Positions 38,836 to 49,649 of a stretch of 64,000 bases of DNA are shown piece by piece. The notes under the pieces are model-generated. The model saw only the letters and a list, made by a program, of their open reading frames with translations. It was not told where the DNA came from and searched no databases. Numbering within the stretch: the stretch's first letter is position 1; every line of letters begins with the position of its first letter. Source of the DNA: Planctomycetota bacterium (GTDB lineage Bacteria > Planctomycetota > UBA11346); NCBI GenBank assembly GCA_038213805.1, contig JBBQSO010000014.1, positions 16,607 to 80,606 of the forward strand. Direction: 5' to 3'. A program made the position numbers and the translations under genes.

Positions 38836-39807
38836 ATGGCCTTCGTCGAGGTCCGCAACCTGACCCGCACCTTCGGCGCCGTGCACGCGGTGCGCGACAT
38901 CGGCTTCAGCTTCGAGCGCGGCGACATCTTCGGCTTCATCGGCCCCAATGGCGCCGGCAAGTCGACGACCATGCGCATCCTCGCCAGCCTCGACCTGCCG
39001 AGCAGCGGCGACTGCACCGTCGCAGGGCTGAGCACGGTCGACGACGCCGCCGAGGTGCGCCGCATGATCGGCTACATGCCGGACAGCTACGGCACCTACC
39101 CGAACATGGCGGTGCGCGAGTACCTCGACTTCTTCGCGCGCGCCTACGGTCTGGACCCGGCCCGCCGCCGCCGCGCGGTCGCGGACGTGGTCGCCTTCTG
39201 CCAGCTCGGGGCGCTCGCCGACAAGCTCATCACCACGTTGTCGAAGGGCATGAAGCAGCGCCTGTGCCTGGGGCGCTGCCTGATCCACGACCCGCAGCTG
39301 CTCATCCTCGACGAACCCAGCGCTGGCCTCGATCCGCGCGCGCGCATCGAGTTCCGCGAGCTGCTGCGCCTGCTCGCCGGGCAGGGCAAGGCGATCTTCA
39401 TCAGCAGCCACATCCTCGCCGAACTTGAGGAGCTGTGCAGCGGCGTGGCGATCATCGAGCAGGGCCAGCTGGTGCGCACCGGGCGCGTCGCCGAGATCAA
39501 GGCCAGCGTCGCCGCCGCGGTCGCCGAGCGTGGCGAGGCCAGCGCCGACGCCCAGGGCGTGATCATCGAACTGCGCCTGGCCACCGCCCACGACGCGCTG
39601 GCGCGCGTGCTGGCCGAGCAGCCCGAGCTCGCCGAGGTACGCATCGACAACCTGCTGGTCACCGCGCGCGTGCGCGGCGGCGGCGCGGTCCAGGCCGCGC
39701 TGCTGCGCCGCTTGGTCGAAGCCGGCCTGCCGATCTGCCGCTATGCGACCCGCGAGCAGAACCTTGAGGACCTGTTCCTCCATCTGACGGAAGGGAAGGT
39801 GCAATGA
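38836..39807 (+). CDS. ABC transporter ATP-binding protein
   Basis: GPNGAGKST, LSKGMKQR, LILDEP and SSH motifs. Confidence 0.96.
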   Translation: MAFVEVRNLTRTFGAVHAVRDIGFSFERGDIFGFIGPNGAGKSTTMRILASLDLPSSGDCTVAGLSTVDDAAEVRRMIGYMPDSYGTYPNMAVREYLDFFARAYGLDPARRRRAVADVVAFCQLGALADKLITTLSKGMKQRLCLGRCLIHDPQLLILDEPSAGLDPRARIEFRELLRLLAGQGKAIFISSHILAELEELCSGVAIIEQGQLVRTGRVAEIKASVAAAVAERGEASADAQGVIIELRLATAHDALARVLAEQPELAEVRIDNLLVTARVRGGGAVQAALLRRLVEAGLPICRYATREQNLEDLFLHLTEGKVQ

Positions 39808-41402
39808 CCACTCCCGGCGCAGCGGCTGGCGGCGGCACACCCGCGGCGAGCGTCCGGCGTGGCCCGGCAGGACGGCTCCTGGCCTTGATCGCCGACCGCG
39901 CTAATCCCATGCTGGTGCGCTGCGTCCGCCAGGAACTGCGTAGCCGCACCTTCATCAGCGTCTACCTGCTGCTGCTCGCGGTCGCGACCCTGGCCGCGAC
40001 CTTCGCGGCGGGCTGGGCCGACGCCGGGCAGGACCAACGCGCCGGGCAGGGGCTGTTCGGCATCCTCGCCTGGGCGTGGAGCTTCGTGGTCGCGGTACAG
40101 GCGCTCGGCACCTACTCCGCGGTCACGCGCGAGCGCAACGAAGACACCTGGGACCTGGTCGACCTGACCGGCATGCGGCCAGGACAGGTGCTGCGCGGCC
40201 TGCTGCTCGCCAACCTCGCGCACGGGCAGCTCTACACCGCCGCCCTGGCGCCCTTCCTGGCGATGTCCTATCTGCTGCGTGGCCTCGACCTGATGACCAT
40301 CGCCTTCGCCCTGGTGGCGATCCCGCTGGCCGGCATCGCCGCCTCGACCCTGGCGGTGTTCTGCGCCTGCCTGGGCAACAACAAGGGCAGCCGTGCCTTT
40401 CTCGGCGGCCTGCTCGGCCTGTTCCTGACAGGCTGCTGGTGGGTAAGCGGCTATATGTGGACGGGTGGTCAGTCGGCGATCGACGCGGCGATCGGCGGCC
40501 TGCGCGACGGCCAGGCCGACGCCTGGCTGGCCCTGGGCATGCTGGCCAACGCCTGGGCAGCCTTCGTGATCCTGATGCTGGTGCTCAGCGGCGCGCTGCT
40601 CACCCACCGCGCCGGCGACCGCTCGGGCGGTCCACGCCTGATCTGGTTCCTGCTCTGGCTCGACCTCACGCTGTGGCTGCTGGTCGTGACCTGGCGCAAC
40701 GCCGCGACGGGGCGCAGCTTCCTGTGGACCTCGCTGTCCGAACCGCTGCTGACCAGCGGCCTGATCGGCGTGGTCTGGGCCGCGGCGCTGGGCCTCTTCA
40801 GCGTCAGCGAGGACTATGAACTATCGCCGCGCCAGGCGCGCGCGATCACCGCGGCGCGCGGCTGGCGGCGCCCGCTGACGCCGCTGCTCGGGCCGGGCGC
40901 GGCGCGCGGCCGCCTGGCGTTCTGCGCCTTCACCGCGCTTGCGCTGCTCCTCAGCGGCATCGGCGCGGCCTGCGACAGCGGCGACAGCGGCTTCGCATGG
41001 ATGCTCGCCAGCGCGCTCATCGCCGGCCACGCGTCGCTGATCCTGTGGACCACCGATCTGATCTACCGCGGTCCGCTGGCGCGCTGGCTGGACACCCCGC
41101 TGCTGCGCCGCGGCTTCCTGCTGGTGATGGTCGCGGTGTGGAGCCTGGGCCCGGTGCTGGCGGCGCTGGTCTTCGACACCGGCCACGTCGAAAAGAGCTG
41201 GCTGGCGACGCTCAGCCCGTTCTGGGGGGCGGCGCAGATCCTCGACCGCCACGGCAGTGATATCAACCCCTTCGACGTCGCCGTCCCCGTGCTTGGCGGA
41301 CTCGCGGCGTGGCTGGTGCTGCTCATCCAAGGCATCCGCCTGACCATCATCACGCGCCGCGTCCAGGCGCGCGGCGACGACGCCAATCCGCGGGGCGGCT
41401 GA
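39804..41402 (+). CDS. ABC-2-type permease-like polytopic membrane protein
   Basis: NPMLVRCVRQELRSR, ERNEDTWDLVDLTGM and about 12 TM segments. Confidence 0.85.
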   Translation: MTTPGAAAGGGTPAASVRRGPAGRLLALIADRANPMLVRCVRQELRSRTFISVYLLLLAVATLAATFAAGWADAGQDQRAGQGLFGILAWAWSFVVAVQALGTYSAVTRERNEDTWDLVDLTGMRPGQVLRGLLLANLAHGQLYTAALAPFLAMSYLLRGLDLMTIAFALVAIPLAGIAASTLAVFCACLGNNKGSRAFLGGLLGLFLTGCWWVSGYMWTGGQSAIDAAIGGLRDGQADAWLALGMLANAWAAFVILMLVLSGALLTHRAGDRSGGPRLIWFLLWLDLTLWLLVVTWRNAATGRSFLWTSLSEPLLTSGLIGVVWAAALGLFSVSEDYELSPRQARAITAARGWRRPLTPLLGPGAARGRLAFCAFTALALLLSGIGAACDSGDSGFAWMLASALIAGHASLILWTTDLIYRGPLARWLDTPLLRRGFLLVMVAVWSLGPVLAALVFDTGHVEKSWLATLSPFWGAAQILDRHGSDINPFDVAVPVLGGLAAWLVLLIQGIRLTIITRRVQARGDDANPRGG

Positions 41403-41403
41403 G

Positions 41404-42249
41404 GTGCCGGCCTGGGACGAGGCCGGCGTCGCAGCCGCCGCGCGCCGCCTGCGCCTGTCCGCCGATCCGCGCCGCCGCCGCCACGGCAGTGGCACGCGGC
41501 TCGGCTCCGGCCCGGGCGCGAGCCTGGAATTCCACGACCACCGCGCCTTCGTGCCAGGCGACGACCTGCGCCATGTCGACTGGGGGGTGTACGCGCGCAG
41601 CGATCAGTTGGTGTTGCGCCGGCACCGCCAGGAGGTCAGCCCGCGCGTCGAGATCGTGCTCGACGGCTCGGCGAGCATGGCCATCAGCCCAGCCAAGAGC
41701 GCGCTGGCCACCGCGCTGGCAGCGCTGCTCACCACCCTCGCCGAGGCCGATGGCGCGCGCCCGCTGCTGTGGTGGCTGGGCGCCGGCACGCGTCGCCTCG
41801 GCCCTGACTGGCGCGCCGCGCTGCGCGACCAGCAGCCGGCCGGCCAGACCGGCCTGGAGGCGCGCCCGCTGCCGCCGTTCGCCGCCGGCGGCGACCGCAT
41901 CCTGGTTTCCGACGGTCTATGCCCGGCCGGTGGGGCGCAGGCGGTGCGCGCGCTCGGCCAAGGCGCCGGGCGCATCTGCATGCTGCAAATTCTGACCCGC
42001 GATGAGCGCGAGCCGGCAGCGTCCGGCGCGGTGCGCCTGCACGATGTCGAGGGCGGCGAGAGCGACGTGCTGCTCGATGGCGCCGCCTGCGCCGCCTACC
42101 GCCTGCGCCTCGCCCGCCACCAGGGCGAGTGGCAGGCCGCCCTCGCCGGCCGCGGTGCCGGACTGATCACCTGCGCCGCCGAGGATGGCCTGGAAGCCGC
42201 GCTGCGCGCATTGCTCGCCGCTGGCGTGCTCGAGGCGCGCGCCGGATGA
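41404..42249 (+). CDS. DUF58 (vWA-like) protein
   Basis: GASLEFHDHRAFVPGDDLRHVDW, LDGSASM (DxSxS) and VSDG motifs. Confidence 0.93.
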   Translation: MPAWDEAGVAAAARRLRLSADPRRRRHGSGTRLGSGPGASLEFHDHRAFVPGDDLRHVDWGVYARSDQLVLRRHRQEVSPRVEIVLDGSASMAISPAKSALATALAALLTTLAEADGARPLLWWLGAGTRRLGPDWRAALRDQQPAGQTGLEARPLPPFAAGGDRILVSDGLCPAGGAQAVRALGQGAGRICMLQILTRDEREPAASGAVRLHDVEGGESDVLLDGAACAAYRLRLARHQGEWQAALAGRGAGLITCAAEDGLEAALRALLAAGVLEARAG

Positions 42250-42303
42250 TGCGGACGCGGATGGTCAGCGGCGATACGCGTGGGAGAGAAAATGCGGACA
42301 GCC

Positions 42304-42529
42304 GATCGAACATGAGACGCGGAGACGCGGAGATCGGATGAGGACGGCGGGAAGGGTGACTGCCGACGTGCAGACGGCCGAGCGCTCCACTCGCTGGCGG
42401 CTCAGAGGTCGAAGCTCGCGCGCGCCATCAGCGGCTTCGAGCCAGCAGTCCGTTTCCGGTCCGCTAAACTTCCATCCTTCCTTCTTTCCCCTCCTCCGAT
42501 CTCCGCAGCTCCGCGCCTCCTGTTCGATC
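42304..42529. repeat. Repeat family B, copy 1: 40-bp inverted arms (35/40 match), 146-bp spacer
   Basis: 42304-42343 GATCGAACATGAGACGCGGAGACGCGGAGATCGGATGAGG versus the reverse complement of 42490-42529, GATCGAACAGGAGGCGCGGAGCTGCGGAGATCGGAGGAGG. Confidence 0.88.
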
Positions 42530-42564
42530 CCTCCCGCAGCACCCTGATCAGCGCAACCACCCGG

Positions 42565-44538
42565 CTACGCGGGCGGGCGTTCATCCGGCAACGTGAACAA
42601 GAAGGTCGCGCCCTGGTCGGGCGTGGCCTCCGCCCAGATGCGGCCGCCATGGCGCTGGATGATGCGGCGTACCGTGGCCAGGCCGATGCCGGTGCCCTCG
42701 AAGTCGTCGCTGCGGTGCAGGCGCTGGAAGGCGCCGAAGAGCTTGTCGGCCAGCGCCATGTCGAAGCCGGCGCCATTGTCGGCGATACGGAAGACGCGCT
42801 CGCCGTCCTGCTCGATCGCGTCGACGATGATGCGCACGGACGCGCGGCGCGCGGAATACTTCCAGGCATTGCCGAGCAGGTTGATCAGTACGATGTGCAG
42901 CAGGCGCGCGTCGCCGTGCACGCCCAGGCCCGGCGCGATGGTGGTGACGACCGCGCGCCCGGGCTCGGCCAGGCGCAGCTGCCGGTCGACCTCACCGGCC
43001 ATGGTCGAGAGATCGACCGGCGCGCGCACCAGGTCGCCGCGCGCCACCCGCGCCAGGCTGAGCAGCGCCTCGATGAGCTGGCCCATGCTGGTGGCGGCGC
43101 GGGCGATGCGCCCGAGGTAGTCCTGGCCGCGCGCGTCGAGCAGCGGCGCGTAATCCTCGCTCAGCGCCCGACTGAAGCCGGCCAGGCTGCGCAGCGGTGC
43201 GCGCAGGTCGTGGGAAGCGGAATAGCTGAAGGCCTCCAGCTCGTGGAAGCGCGCCTCGAGGTCGTCGAGCAGTGCGGCGCGCGCCTCGGCCTGCTCCTGC
43301 GCGGCGCGCATGCCGGCGGCGAGCAGCTCGCGGCGCTGCTGCTGCTCGCGCTGCGCGCGCACCTCGCCCACCGACTGTTGGCGGCGCAGCAGCGCGCGCA
43401 GGCGGGCGCGCACCACCTCAAGGTCGCCGTCCTTGGGCGCGCTGCCGTCCGCGCCGAGGTCGACGCTGGCGATCTGGGCCTCGCGCGACTCCCCGGCGGT
43501 TGTGATCAGCAGCGGGATGTCGCGCCATGCCGGGGACTGCTTGATGCGCAGACAGGTCTCCGGACCACTGAGGCCGCCGACATCCAGGTCGAGCAGGATC
43601 GCGTCGACCGCCTGCACCGCGAGCAGCTCGAGCGCCTCGTCTCCGGAGCGCGCGGCGATGGTCTCGCAGCCGTCATCGCGCAGGCGGTCGCCCAGACGCT
43701 GCGGCCACGCAGGATCTTCGTCGATCACCAGGATGCGCTTGGGTCCATGCAGGCTCGCGGCGTCCGGCTCGCCACCGGCCGCGAGCCAGCCGCGCACCAG
43801 TCCATCGACGCGCGCCACCGCCACGCCCATCTCATGATCCTTGCGCAGGAACCCGTCGGCGCCGGCCTCGAGCGCGCGCAGCTCCTCATCGGGCGCGTCG
43901 CTGGCGGTCAGCAGCAGACAGGCGGTGAGGCGCATGACGCGGTCGTGGCGCAGGCGCCGGATCACGGTCAGGCCATCGACGCCCGGCAGCACGCGGTCGA
44001 CCACCGCCACCGCCGGGCGCTGCGCGGCGGCAAGTGCGAGACCCTCCTCGCCATTCGCGGCGACCACCACCGCCATGCCGGCGGCGCGTAGCTCGGCCGC
44101 GAAGCGCTCGCGGAAGGTGGCGCTGTCGTCGATGACCAGCACCAAGGCGCGGCGCGCTGCGGTGGGCTGGCGGGCCGCGACCAGGGTGCGGGCGCGGTTC
44201 ACCACATAGGCGGGATCGTAGGGCTTGCCGACGTAATCGTCGGCGCCGGTGCGCAGGCCGCGCACGCGGTCGCGCACCTCGGCCTCACCCGACAGCATCA
44301 TCACCGGCAGGATGGAGGTCAGCGGATCGTCGCGCAGCGCGCGCAACAGATCGATGCCGTCGCCGTCGGGGAGCTGCACATCGAGGACCACCAGCGCGAA
44401 AGCGGCCGCGGCGAGCGCCTCGCGCGCCGCGGCCAGGGTGGCGCAGGTGGTCACCGCGAAACCGGCGGCCGCGAGGTGCTCGGCGAGGTCCATGCGCACC
44501 GTCAGGCTGTCGTCGACGACCAGGACGGCAGGGATCAT
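42565..44538 (-). CDS. Cytoplasmic histidine kinase with three N-terminal receiver domains (REC-REC-REC-HisKA-HATPase)
   Basis: Three receiver domains (VVDDS..LDVQLP; VIDDS..VDRVLP; VIDED..LDLDV), H-box ELEAFSYSASHDLRAPLR, NLLGNAWKY, DNGAGF and GTGIGL. Confidence 0.94.
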   Translation of the reverse strand: MIPAVLVVDDSLTVRMDLAEHLAAAGFAVTTCATLAAAREALAAAAFALVVLDVQLPDGDGIDLLRALRDDPLTSILPVMMLSGEAEVRDRVRGLRTGADDYVGKPYDPAYVVNRARTLVAARQPTAARRALVLVIDDSATFRERFAAELRAAGMAVVVAANGEEGLALAAAQRPAVAVVDRVLPGVDGLTVIRRLRHDRVMRLTACLLLTASDAPDEELRALEAGADGFLRKDHEMGVAVARVDGLVRGWLAAGGEPDAASLHGPKRILVIDEDPAWPQRLGDRLRDDGCETIAARSGDEALELLAVQAVDAILLDLDVGGLSGPETCLRIKQSPAWRDIPLLITTAGESREAQIASVDLGADGSAPKDGDLEVVRARLRALLRRQQSVGEVRAQREQQQRRELLAAGMRAAQEQAEARAALLDDLEARFHELEAFSYSASHDLRAPLRSLAGFSRALSEDYAPLLDARGQDYLGRIARAATSMGQLIEALLSLARVARGDLVRAPVDLSTMAGEVDRQLRLAEPGRAVVTTIAPGLGVHGDARLLHIVLINLLGNAWKYSARRASVRIIVDAIEQDGERVFRIADNGAGFDMALADKLFGAFQRLHRSDDFEGTGIGLATVRRIIQRHGGRIWAEATPDQGATFLFTLPDERPPA

Positions 44539-45596
44539 GGGGTCTCCGGGGCGGTGCCCTGGACCAGGCGGGTGAGTTCGGCGGCGATGCCCCCGAGCGG
44601 CAGGACGCGGCCGGCGGCGCCGATCTCACTGGCCTCGCGCGGCATCCCGAAGACCACCGACGTGGCCTCGTCCTGGGCGATGGTGGTGGCGCCGGCGTTG
44701 CGCATCGCGAGCAGACCCTGCGCACCGTCCCGCCCCATGCCGGTGAGCAGGCAGCCGATGGCGCGCGGGCCGAGCGCGGCGAGCGAGGAGAAGAGCACGT
44801 CGACCGATGGCCGGCAGGAGTGCCGCGGTGCGTCTGCAGTCAGGCGCAGGCAGCCGCCCTGCAGCACCAGGTGGCGCTCGGGCGGGGCGACGATCACGCG
44901 CCCGCCACCGCTGGGCAGCGGCTCGCCGTCGACCGCGTTGGCGACGTGCAGCGGCGTGTACTGGTCGAGCCAGCGCGCGAAGTCGTCGCCGAACGGCGCG
45001 CCGATGTGGATCACCGCCAGGATCGGCACCGGGAACGCCGCATCCAGGCCGCCGAGCAGGCGCACCAGCGCGCCCGGACCGCCGGTAGAGGTCCCGATCG
45101 CCACCGCGGCGAAGCCGCGTGGCTTCGCCTGTTGGCGGCTGAAGCTGTCGGTGCCCGGGGTGCGCACTGGCAAACGCCCGCGCAGGTGGGTGATGACCTT
45201 GATGCGCGAGACCAACTTGGTGCGCGCAACCAGACGGCGCTCCCAGTCATGCCTGGGCTCCGTCCCGGAAGACTTTTCCAAAACCTCGAGCGCGCCCGCG
45301 GCCAACGCCGCATACGTCTGAAAGTGCTCGCCGCGGTTGTCGGCGGCCGAGACCACCAGGATCGGGGTGGGCTGGTGCGCCATGATCTGCTCGGTGACCG
45401 CCAGCCCGTCGACGCCGGGCAGCACCAGGTCGAGGGTGATGACGTCCGGGCGCAGCGCGCGGCATTGGGCGATGGCGTCGGCGCCGTCGGCGGCCTCGCC
45501 AACCACCTCGAGATCGGGATCAGCGGCGAGGACCTCGACCATGCGCCGGCGCACGGTCAGGGAATCCTCGACGACCAGGACGCGGATGCGCGGCAC
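44535..45596 (-). CDS. cheB: Chemotaxis methylesterase response regulator (WspF-like)
   Basis: Receiver domain plus GTSTGGP, IH, RPSVDVLF, LTGMGRDGA and AQDEATSVVFGMP. Confidence 0.96.
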   Translation of the reverse strand: MPRIRVLVVEDSLTVRRRMVEVLAADPDLEVVGEAADGADAIAQCRALRPDVITLDLVLPGVDGLAVTEQIMAHQPTPILVVSAADNRGEHFQTYAALAAGALEVLEKSSGTEPRHDWERRLVARTKLVSRIKVITHLRGRLPVRTPGTDSFSRQQAKPRGFAAVAIGTSTGGPGALVRLLGGLDAAFPVPILAVIHIGAPFGDDFARWLDQYTPLHVANAVDGEPLPSGGGRVIVAPPERHLVLQGGCLRLTADAPRHSCRPSVDVLFSSLAALGPRAIGCLLTGMGRDGAQGLLAMRNAGATTIAQDEATSVVFGMPREASEIGAAGRVLPLGGIAAELTRLVQGTAPETP

Positions 45597-45598
45597 GG

Positions 45599-47647
45599 TC
45601 AGCCCTCCAGCCCGCGGATGATCTCAAGTAGCCGGTTCTGGTCGAACTCGGACTTGGCGATGTAGGCGTGAGCGCCCGCCGCCGCGCCCCGGGCGCGGTC
45701 CTCGGGCGCGTTGCGCGAGGTCACCATGATGGCCGGCACGCGGCCCAGACGCGGGTCCGCGCGGGTGCGCGCCACGAAGGTGTAGCCATCCATGCCGGGC
45801 ATCTCGACGTCGACCACGAAGACCGCGTAGTCGCGCCGCGCCGCCATCGCCAGAGCCTGTTCGGCCGAGGCGGCGCTCTCGACCTCGTAGCCCGCCGCCT
45901 CGAGGATGCTGCGCTCAAGCGCACGCGTGGTGAGCGAATCGTCGATCACCAGAATGGGCGCACGGCGCAGGACAGTCTGGTGATGGCCACGTGCGCCGTA
46001 CCATGCACGCACCGCCTGCACCGTGCCCGGCGCATCCAGCACCAGGCGCGGGCCGCCCCCCTCGTCGAGTTCGGCGCCAGCCAGGAACGCCACCGGCGCG
46101 CAGCCCGCCGGCAGCGGCCGCAACGCGACCTCGGCGGTGCCGAGGAGGCGGTCCACGCCGAGCGCGGCGGTGGACCCGCCGGCCTCGATCAGCACCACCG
46201 TCCAGGTGCCCACGACGCGCGCCACCGGCGCCGCCCCCAGCAGGGTGGCCAGCGCCAGGAATGGCACCGTGGTTTCGTTGACGAGCAGGAAGTCGCAACC
46301 ATTCGAAACCACCAGCTCGCGCACCGCGACGCGCTGCGTGCGCCGCACCGCATCAAGCGGCACCGCCACGGTGCGCCCCTGCGCCTCGACCAGCAACGCC
46401 GGCAGCGACGACAGCGCGACCGGTAGGTCGATGTCGACCACCGTGCCCTGCCCCGGCCGGCTGGCGAGCGCGACCACGCCACCGGCACCCTCCAGCGCCG
46501 CGCGCAAGGCATCGAGGCCGACCCCGCGCCCGGCGAGGGTGGTGGTTGCGGCCATCGTGGAAAGGCCGCCGCGCAGCAGCAAGGCGTGCAGCGCGGCGGG
46601 GTCGAGCGCCGCGGCCTCGGCGGGGGTGAGCCGCCCGCGCTCCGCCGCGCTGGCGCGCACCGCGGCGAGGTCGACGCCACGACCATCGTCGCGCAGCGTG
46701 ACGCGCACCCGCCCGCCGTGGCGCACGACCTCGAGGCGCACCGTGCCGACCCCAGGCTTGCCAGCCGTGGCCCGCACCGCGGCCGGCTCCAGGCCGTGCA
46801 CGACAGCGTTGCGCACTGCGTGCGGCAGGACCTCGGCGAGCAGCCCGTGCAGCGCCGCCTCGATGCCGATGGCGCCGCCGACGGCCTGCCAGCGCGCCGG
46901 CACCGCAAGCTCCTGCGCGGCATCGCGCAGCACGCGCTCGAGCGGCCCGAACAGGCTCGCGGCCGGCAGCAGCCGCATACGCGCAGCGCGCTCGCGAATG
47001 TCGCGCAGATCGCGCTGCGCGCGCTCACGGCCGGCCTCCAGCCGACCCTGCAGATGCTGCAGACGCTCGCCGAGTTCGCCGACGATGGCGCGGCCGCGCG
47101 CCGCGGCGGGGCCCGCCTGCGCCACCACCTCGCCGAGCGCCAGCACCAGGGCACGGGTGGCGGTGAGCTCCTCGGGCTCGGCAGTCATGCTGGCGAGATC
47201 CTGGCCGAGCGTGGCGACTCCGGCGAGCAGCGCCTCGGTCTCGCTGGTCTCGATGCGCACCGCCAATGCCGACCCGCGGACCGGGTCTGCGGCCGTCGGC
47301 GAGGTGGCCGAGGCGGGTACATCAGGCGCAGGCTGCGGCGCGTCGAGCAGTGCCAGCGCGGCGCGCATGGCATCGACCAGCTTGATCGCGGCGTTGATCT
47401 CGTCCGGCGCCGGTGCGCTGCCGTCGCGGTGGCGCACCAGGACCTCCTCAAGCGCGTGCGCATGCGCGGCGATGCCTGCCTGGCGTACCACCCGCGCCGC
47501 CCCCTTGAGGGTGTGGGCGAGGCGCAGCAGCAGCGCCACCTCGGCCGCGCTCGCCCCGCGCTCGAGCACCAGCAGGTGGTCGGCGAGCCCGGCGATCAGC
47601 TCGCGGGCTTCGATGCGGAAGTAGCGGTAAGGATCGGGAGCGGACAT
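45599..47647 (-). CDS. cheA: Hybrid CheA-REC kinase (WspE-like)
   Basis: Hpt AHTLKGAAR; HATPase RNAVVHG, DDGRG and GRGVGLD; CheW-like domain; C-terminal receiver (IDDSLTTR, DVEMP). Confidence 0.95.
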   Translation of the reverse strand: MSAPDPYRYFRIEARELIAGLADHLLVLERGASAAEVALLLRLAHTLKGAARVVRQAGIAAHAHALEEVLVRHRDGSAPAPDEINAAIKLVDAMRAALALLDAPQPAPDVPASATSPTAADPVRGSALAVRIETSETEALLAGVATLGQDLASMTAEPEELTATRALVLALGEVVAQAGPAAARGRAIVGELGERLQHLQGRLEAGRERAQRDLRDIRERAARMRLLPAASLFGPLERVLRDAAQELAVPARWQAVGGAIGIEAALHGLLAEVLPHAVRNAVVHGLEPAAVRATAGKPGVGTVRLEVVRHGGRVRVTLRDDGRGVDLAAVRASAAERGRLTPAEAAALDPAALHALLLRGGLSTMAATTTLAGRGVGLDALRAALEGAGGVVALASRPGQGTVVDIDLPVALSSLPALLVEAQGRTVAVPLDAVRRTQRVAVRELVVSNGCDFLLVNETTVPFLALATLLGAAPVARVVGTWTVVLIEAGGSTAALGVDRLLGTAEVALRPLPAGCAPVAFLAGAELDEGGGPRLVLDAPGTVQAVRAWYGARGHHQTVLRRAPILVIDDSLTTRALERSILEAAGYEVESAASAEQALAMAARRDYAVFVVDVEMPGMDGYTFVARTRADPRLGRVPAIMVTSRNAPEDRARGAAAGAHAYIAKSEFDQNRLLEIIRGLEG

Positions 47648-47661
47648 GCGGGACGGCGCGG

Positions 47662-49122
47662 TCAGGCCTTGATCAAGCGCGTCAGGCCGCGCGCCAGCGC
47701 GGTGAGTTGCGCGGCGGTCTGCAGGATTTGCCCGGTACTGGCCTCGGTCTCCTTGGAGGTCTGCGCGACGTTGAGGGTGGCCAGGTTCACCTGCTCGACC
47801 GCACTGGTCTGCTGCTTGGTGCTCAGACCAATCTCCTGCGCCGCCTCGGTGGTGGTCTCGACCAGTCCGGCGATGGCTGCGAAGGACGCTGCCGCCTCGC
47901 CGACCTGGCGCGTGCCCGCGTCGACCGCCTTGGAACCGGCCTCGGTGACCATCACCGTGGTGTTGACCGCGGCGCGCACTTCATCGACCAGGGTGCGGAT
48001 CTCTTTGGTCGAGCCGCCGACGCGGTCGGCGAGCTTGCGGATCTCATCCGCGACCACCGCGAAGCGCCGCCCGGCCTCGCCCGCCCCTGCCGCCTCGATG
48101 GTGGCATTGATGGCGAGGATGTTGGTCTGCTCCGCGAGCTCGTTGACGAGGTGCAGGATCGAGCCGATCTGCTGCGACTTGCGGCCCAGATCGAGCATGT
48201 GCGTGACGATCAGGTCGACCTGACGCTGCACGCCGCCGACCGCCTCCTTCGCGCGCTGCACGGTGCTGTCGCCGGAGCGCGCCGAGGCCGCGGTCTTCTC
48301 GGCGATCTCGGCGACGCGCTGCGCGCTGCCGGCGATCTGCCGCGAAGTCGCGAGCAGCTCGCTGATGGTGGTCGCGATCTGGGTCATCGCGGTCGCCTGC
48401 TCCTTGGCGCCCGTGGCCTGCTGCTGCGAGGCCGCCTGCAGCTCGGCCGCCGAGCTCTCCATGTCGCGGGTGGCCGCGCCGATCTGGCGGGTCATGGCCG
48501 CGACGATCAGCCACCCGGCCAAGGCCACCAGCAGCACGGCGGCAACGGTGCCGAGGATCACCGTGCTCTTGGCGGTGGCGGCGGCCGCGGTGGCGGCATC
48601 CGCATCGCGCTGGAGGCCGCTACGGCGCTCCTCTTCAAGCAGGCCAAGCTGGACGCGCAGGTCGTCCATCAAGCCCTTGCCGACCTTGCTGGCGACGATC
48701 TCACGCGCTGCCTCGAAGCCAGCGGCGCGGCGCGCGTCGATGACGCTCTTGGCTTGGACGATCTTGGCGTCGATCAGGGCGAAGGCCTTGTCGGCGATCG
48801 CCGCTTGCGCCGGGTCGCCGGCGACGGCCACACGGACGCGCTCCTTTGCCGCGCCGATCTCCTGCAGGGCCGCGTTGTACGGGCTCAGGAAGCTCTCATC
48901 GCCGGTGATCACGAACCCGCGCTGGCTGGTTTCCAGATCCTTCATCACCGACAGCAGCGCGGCGATCGCGTTCAGTTCAAGGTTCTCCTGGGTGACATGA
49001 TGACCCGCGCTGGTCATGACCTCGACGTTGCGGTAGGCCACGCCGCCGACCACGAAGAGCGCGAGCAGGGCGAGGGCGAAGCCCAGGGCGATGCGTTGGC
49101 CGATGGTCCATGGTGCGCTCAT
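47662..49122 (-). CDS. Methyl-accepting chemotaxis protein with a CHASE3-like sensor
   Basis: TM1, [19 protein letters not shown] (CHASE3), TM2 and hairpin [34 protein letters not shown]. Confidence 0.95.
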   Translation of the reverse strand: MSAPWTIGQRIALGFALALLALFVVGGVAYRNVEVMTSAGHHVTQENLELNAIAALLSVMKDLETSQRGFVITGDESFLSPYNAALQEIGAAKERVRVAVAGDPAQAAIADKAFALIDAKIVQAKSVIDARRAAGFEAAREIVASKVGKGLMDDLRVQLGLLEEERRSGLQRDADAATAAAATAKSTVILGTVAAVLLVALAGWLIVAAMTRQIGAATRDMESSAAELQAASQQQATGAKEQATAMTQIATTISELLATSRQIAGSAQRVAEIAEKTAASARSGDSTVQRAKEAVGGVQRQVDLIVTHMLDLGRKSQQIGSILHLVNELAEQTNILAINATIEAAGAGEAGRRFAVVADEIRKLADRVGGSTKEIRTLVDEVRAAVNTTVMVTEAGSKAVDAGTRQVGEAAASFAAIAGLVETTTEAAQEIGLSTKQQTSAVEQVNLATLNVAQTSKETEASTGQILQTAAQLTALARGLTRLIKA

Positions 49123-49649
49123 GGGATGACTCCTGGGCGGACGGGACCGCGGGGGGTGAGGAAGGGGCTGACGAGAAGTAGGAGATCCAGGACCGCATAC
49201 GACTGGCCGGCGTGCTCGAGGAGCGCGCCGTTGGCGCCATCTTCGCGCAGGGCGGCGCGCGGCGCGCGCACGTGGCCGGCGAAGCCCGCTGCGACCAGCG
49301 CGACACCGGGCGTCGCCACCGCCAGCCAGCGCGCATGCGCGTCGGGCACCGGCGCGCCGAGCAGCATGGCCAGGCTGAAGGCCGGCACCGCCCGGCCGCG
49401 GAAGCCGGCCAGGCCGAGGCATGCGGGATGCTGGGCGGGCAGCGCGACCAGGTCCGCGCAGGCGGCGAAACCCTCGAGCTGGGCCAGGCGCAGCGCCCAG
49501 GTGCGGCCCGCCACCACCACCAGCAGCAGCGCCACGCCCTCCTCCGGCGGCTGGCCGCGTGGCGCCGCGAAGCCGGCATCGAATTCCGCGCGCAGACGCC
49601 CAGCGAGCGCGCCGAGATCCATTTCCGCAGCGGCGCTGGCGATACTCAT
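49119..49649 (-). CDS. cheW: CheW-like adaptor (WspD-like)
   Basis: [10 protein letters not shown] and [21 protein letters not shown]; coupled within the operon. Confidence 0.85.
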   Translation of the reverse strand: MSIASAAAEMDLGALAGRLRAEFDAGFAAPRGQPPEEGVALLLVVVAGRTWALRLAQLEGFAACADLVALPAQHPACLGLAGFRGRAVPAFSLAMLLGAPVPDAHARWLAVATPGVALVAAGFAGHVRAPRAALREDGANGALLEHAGQSYAVLDLLLLVSPFLTPRGPVRPGVIP

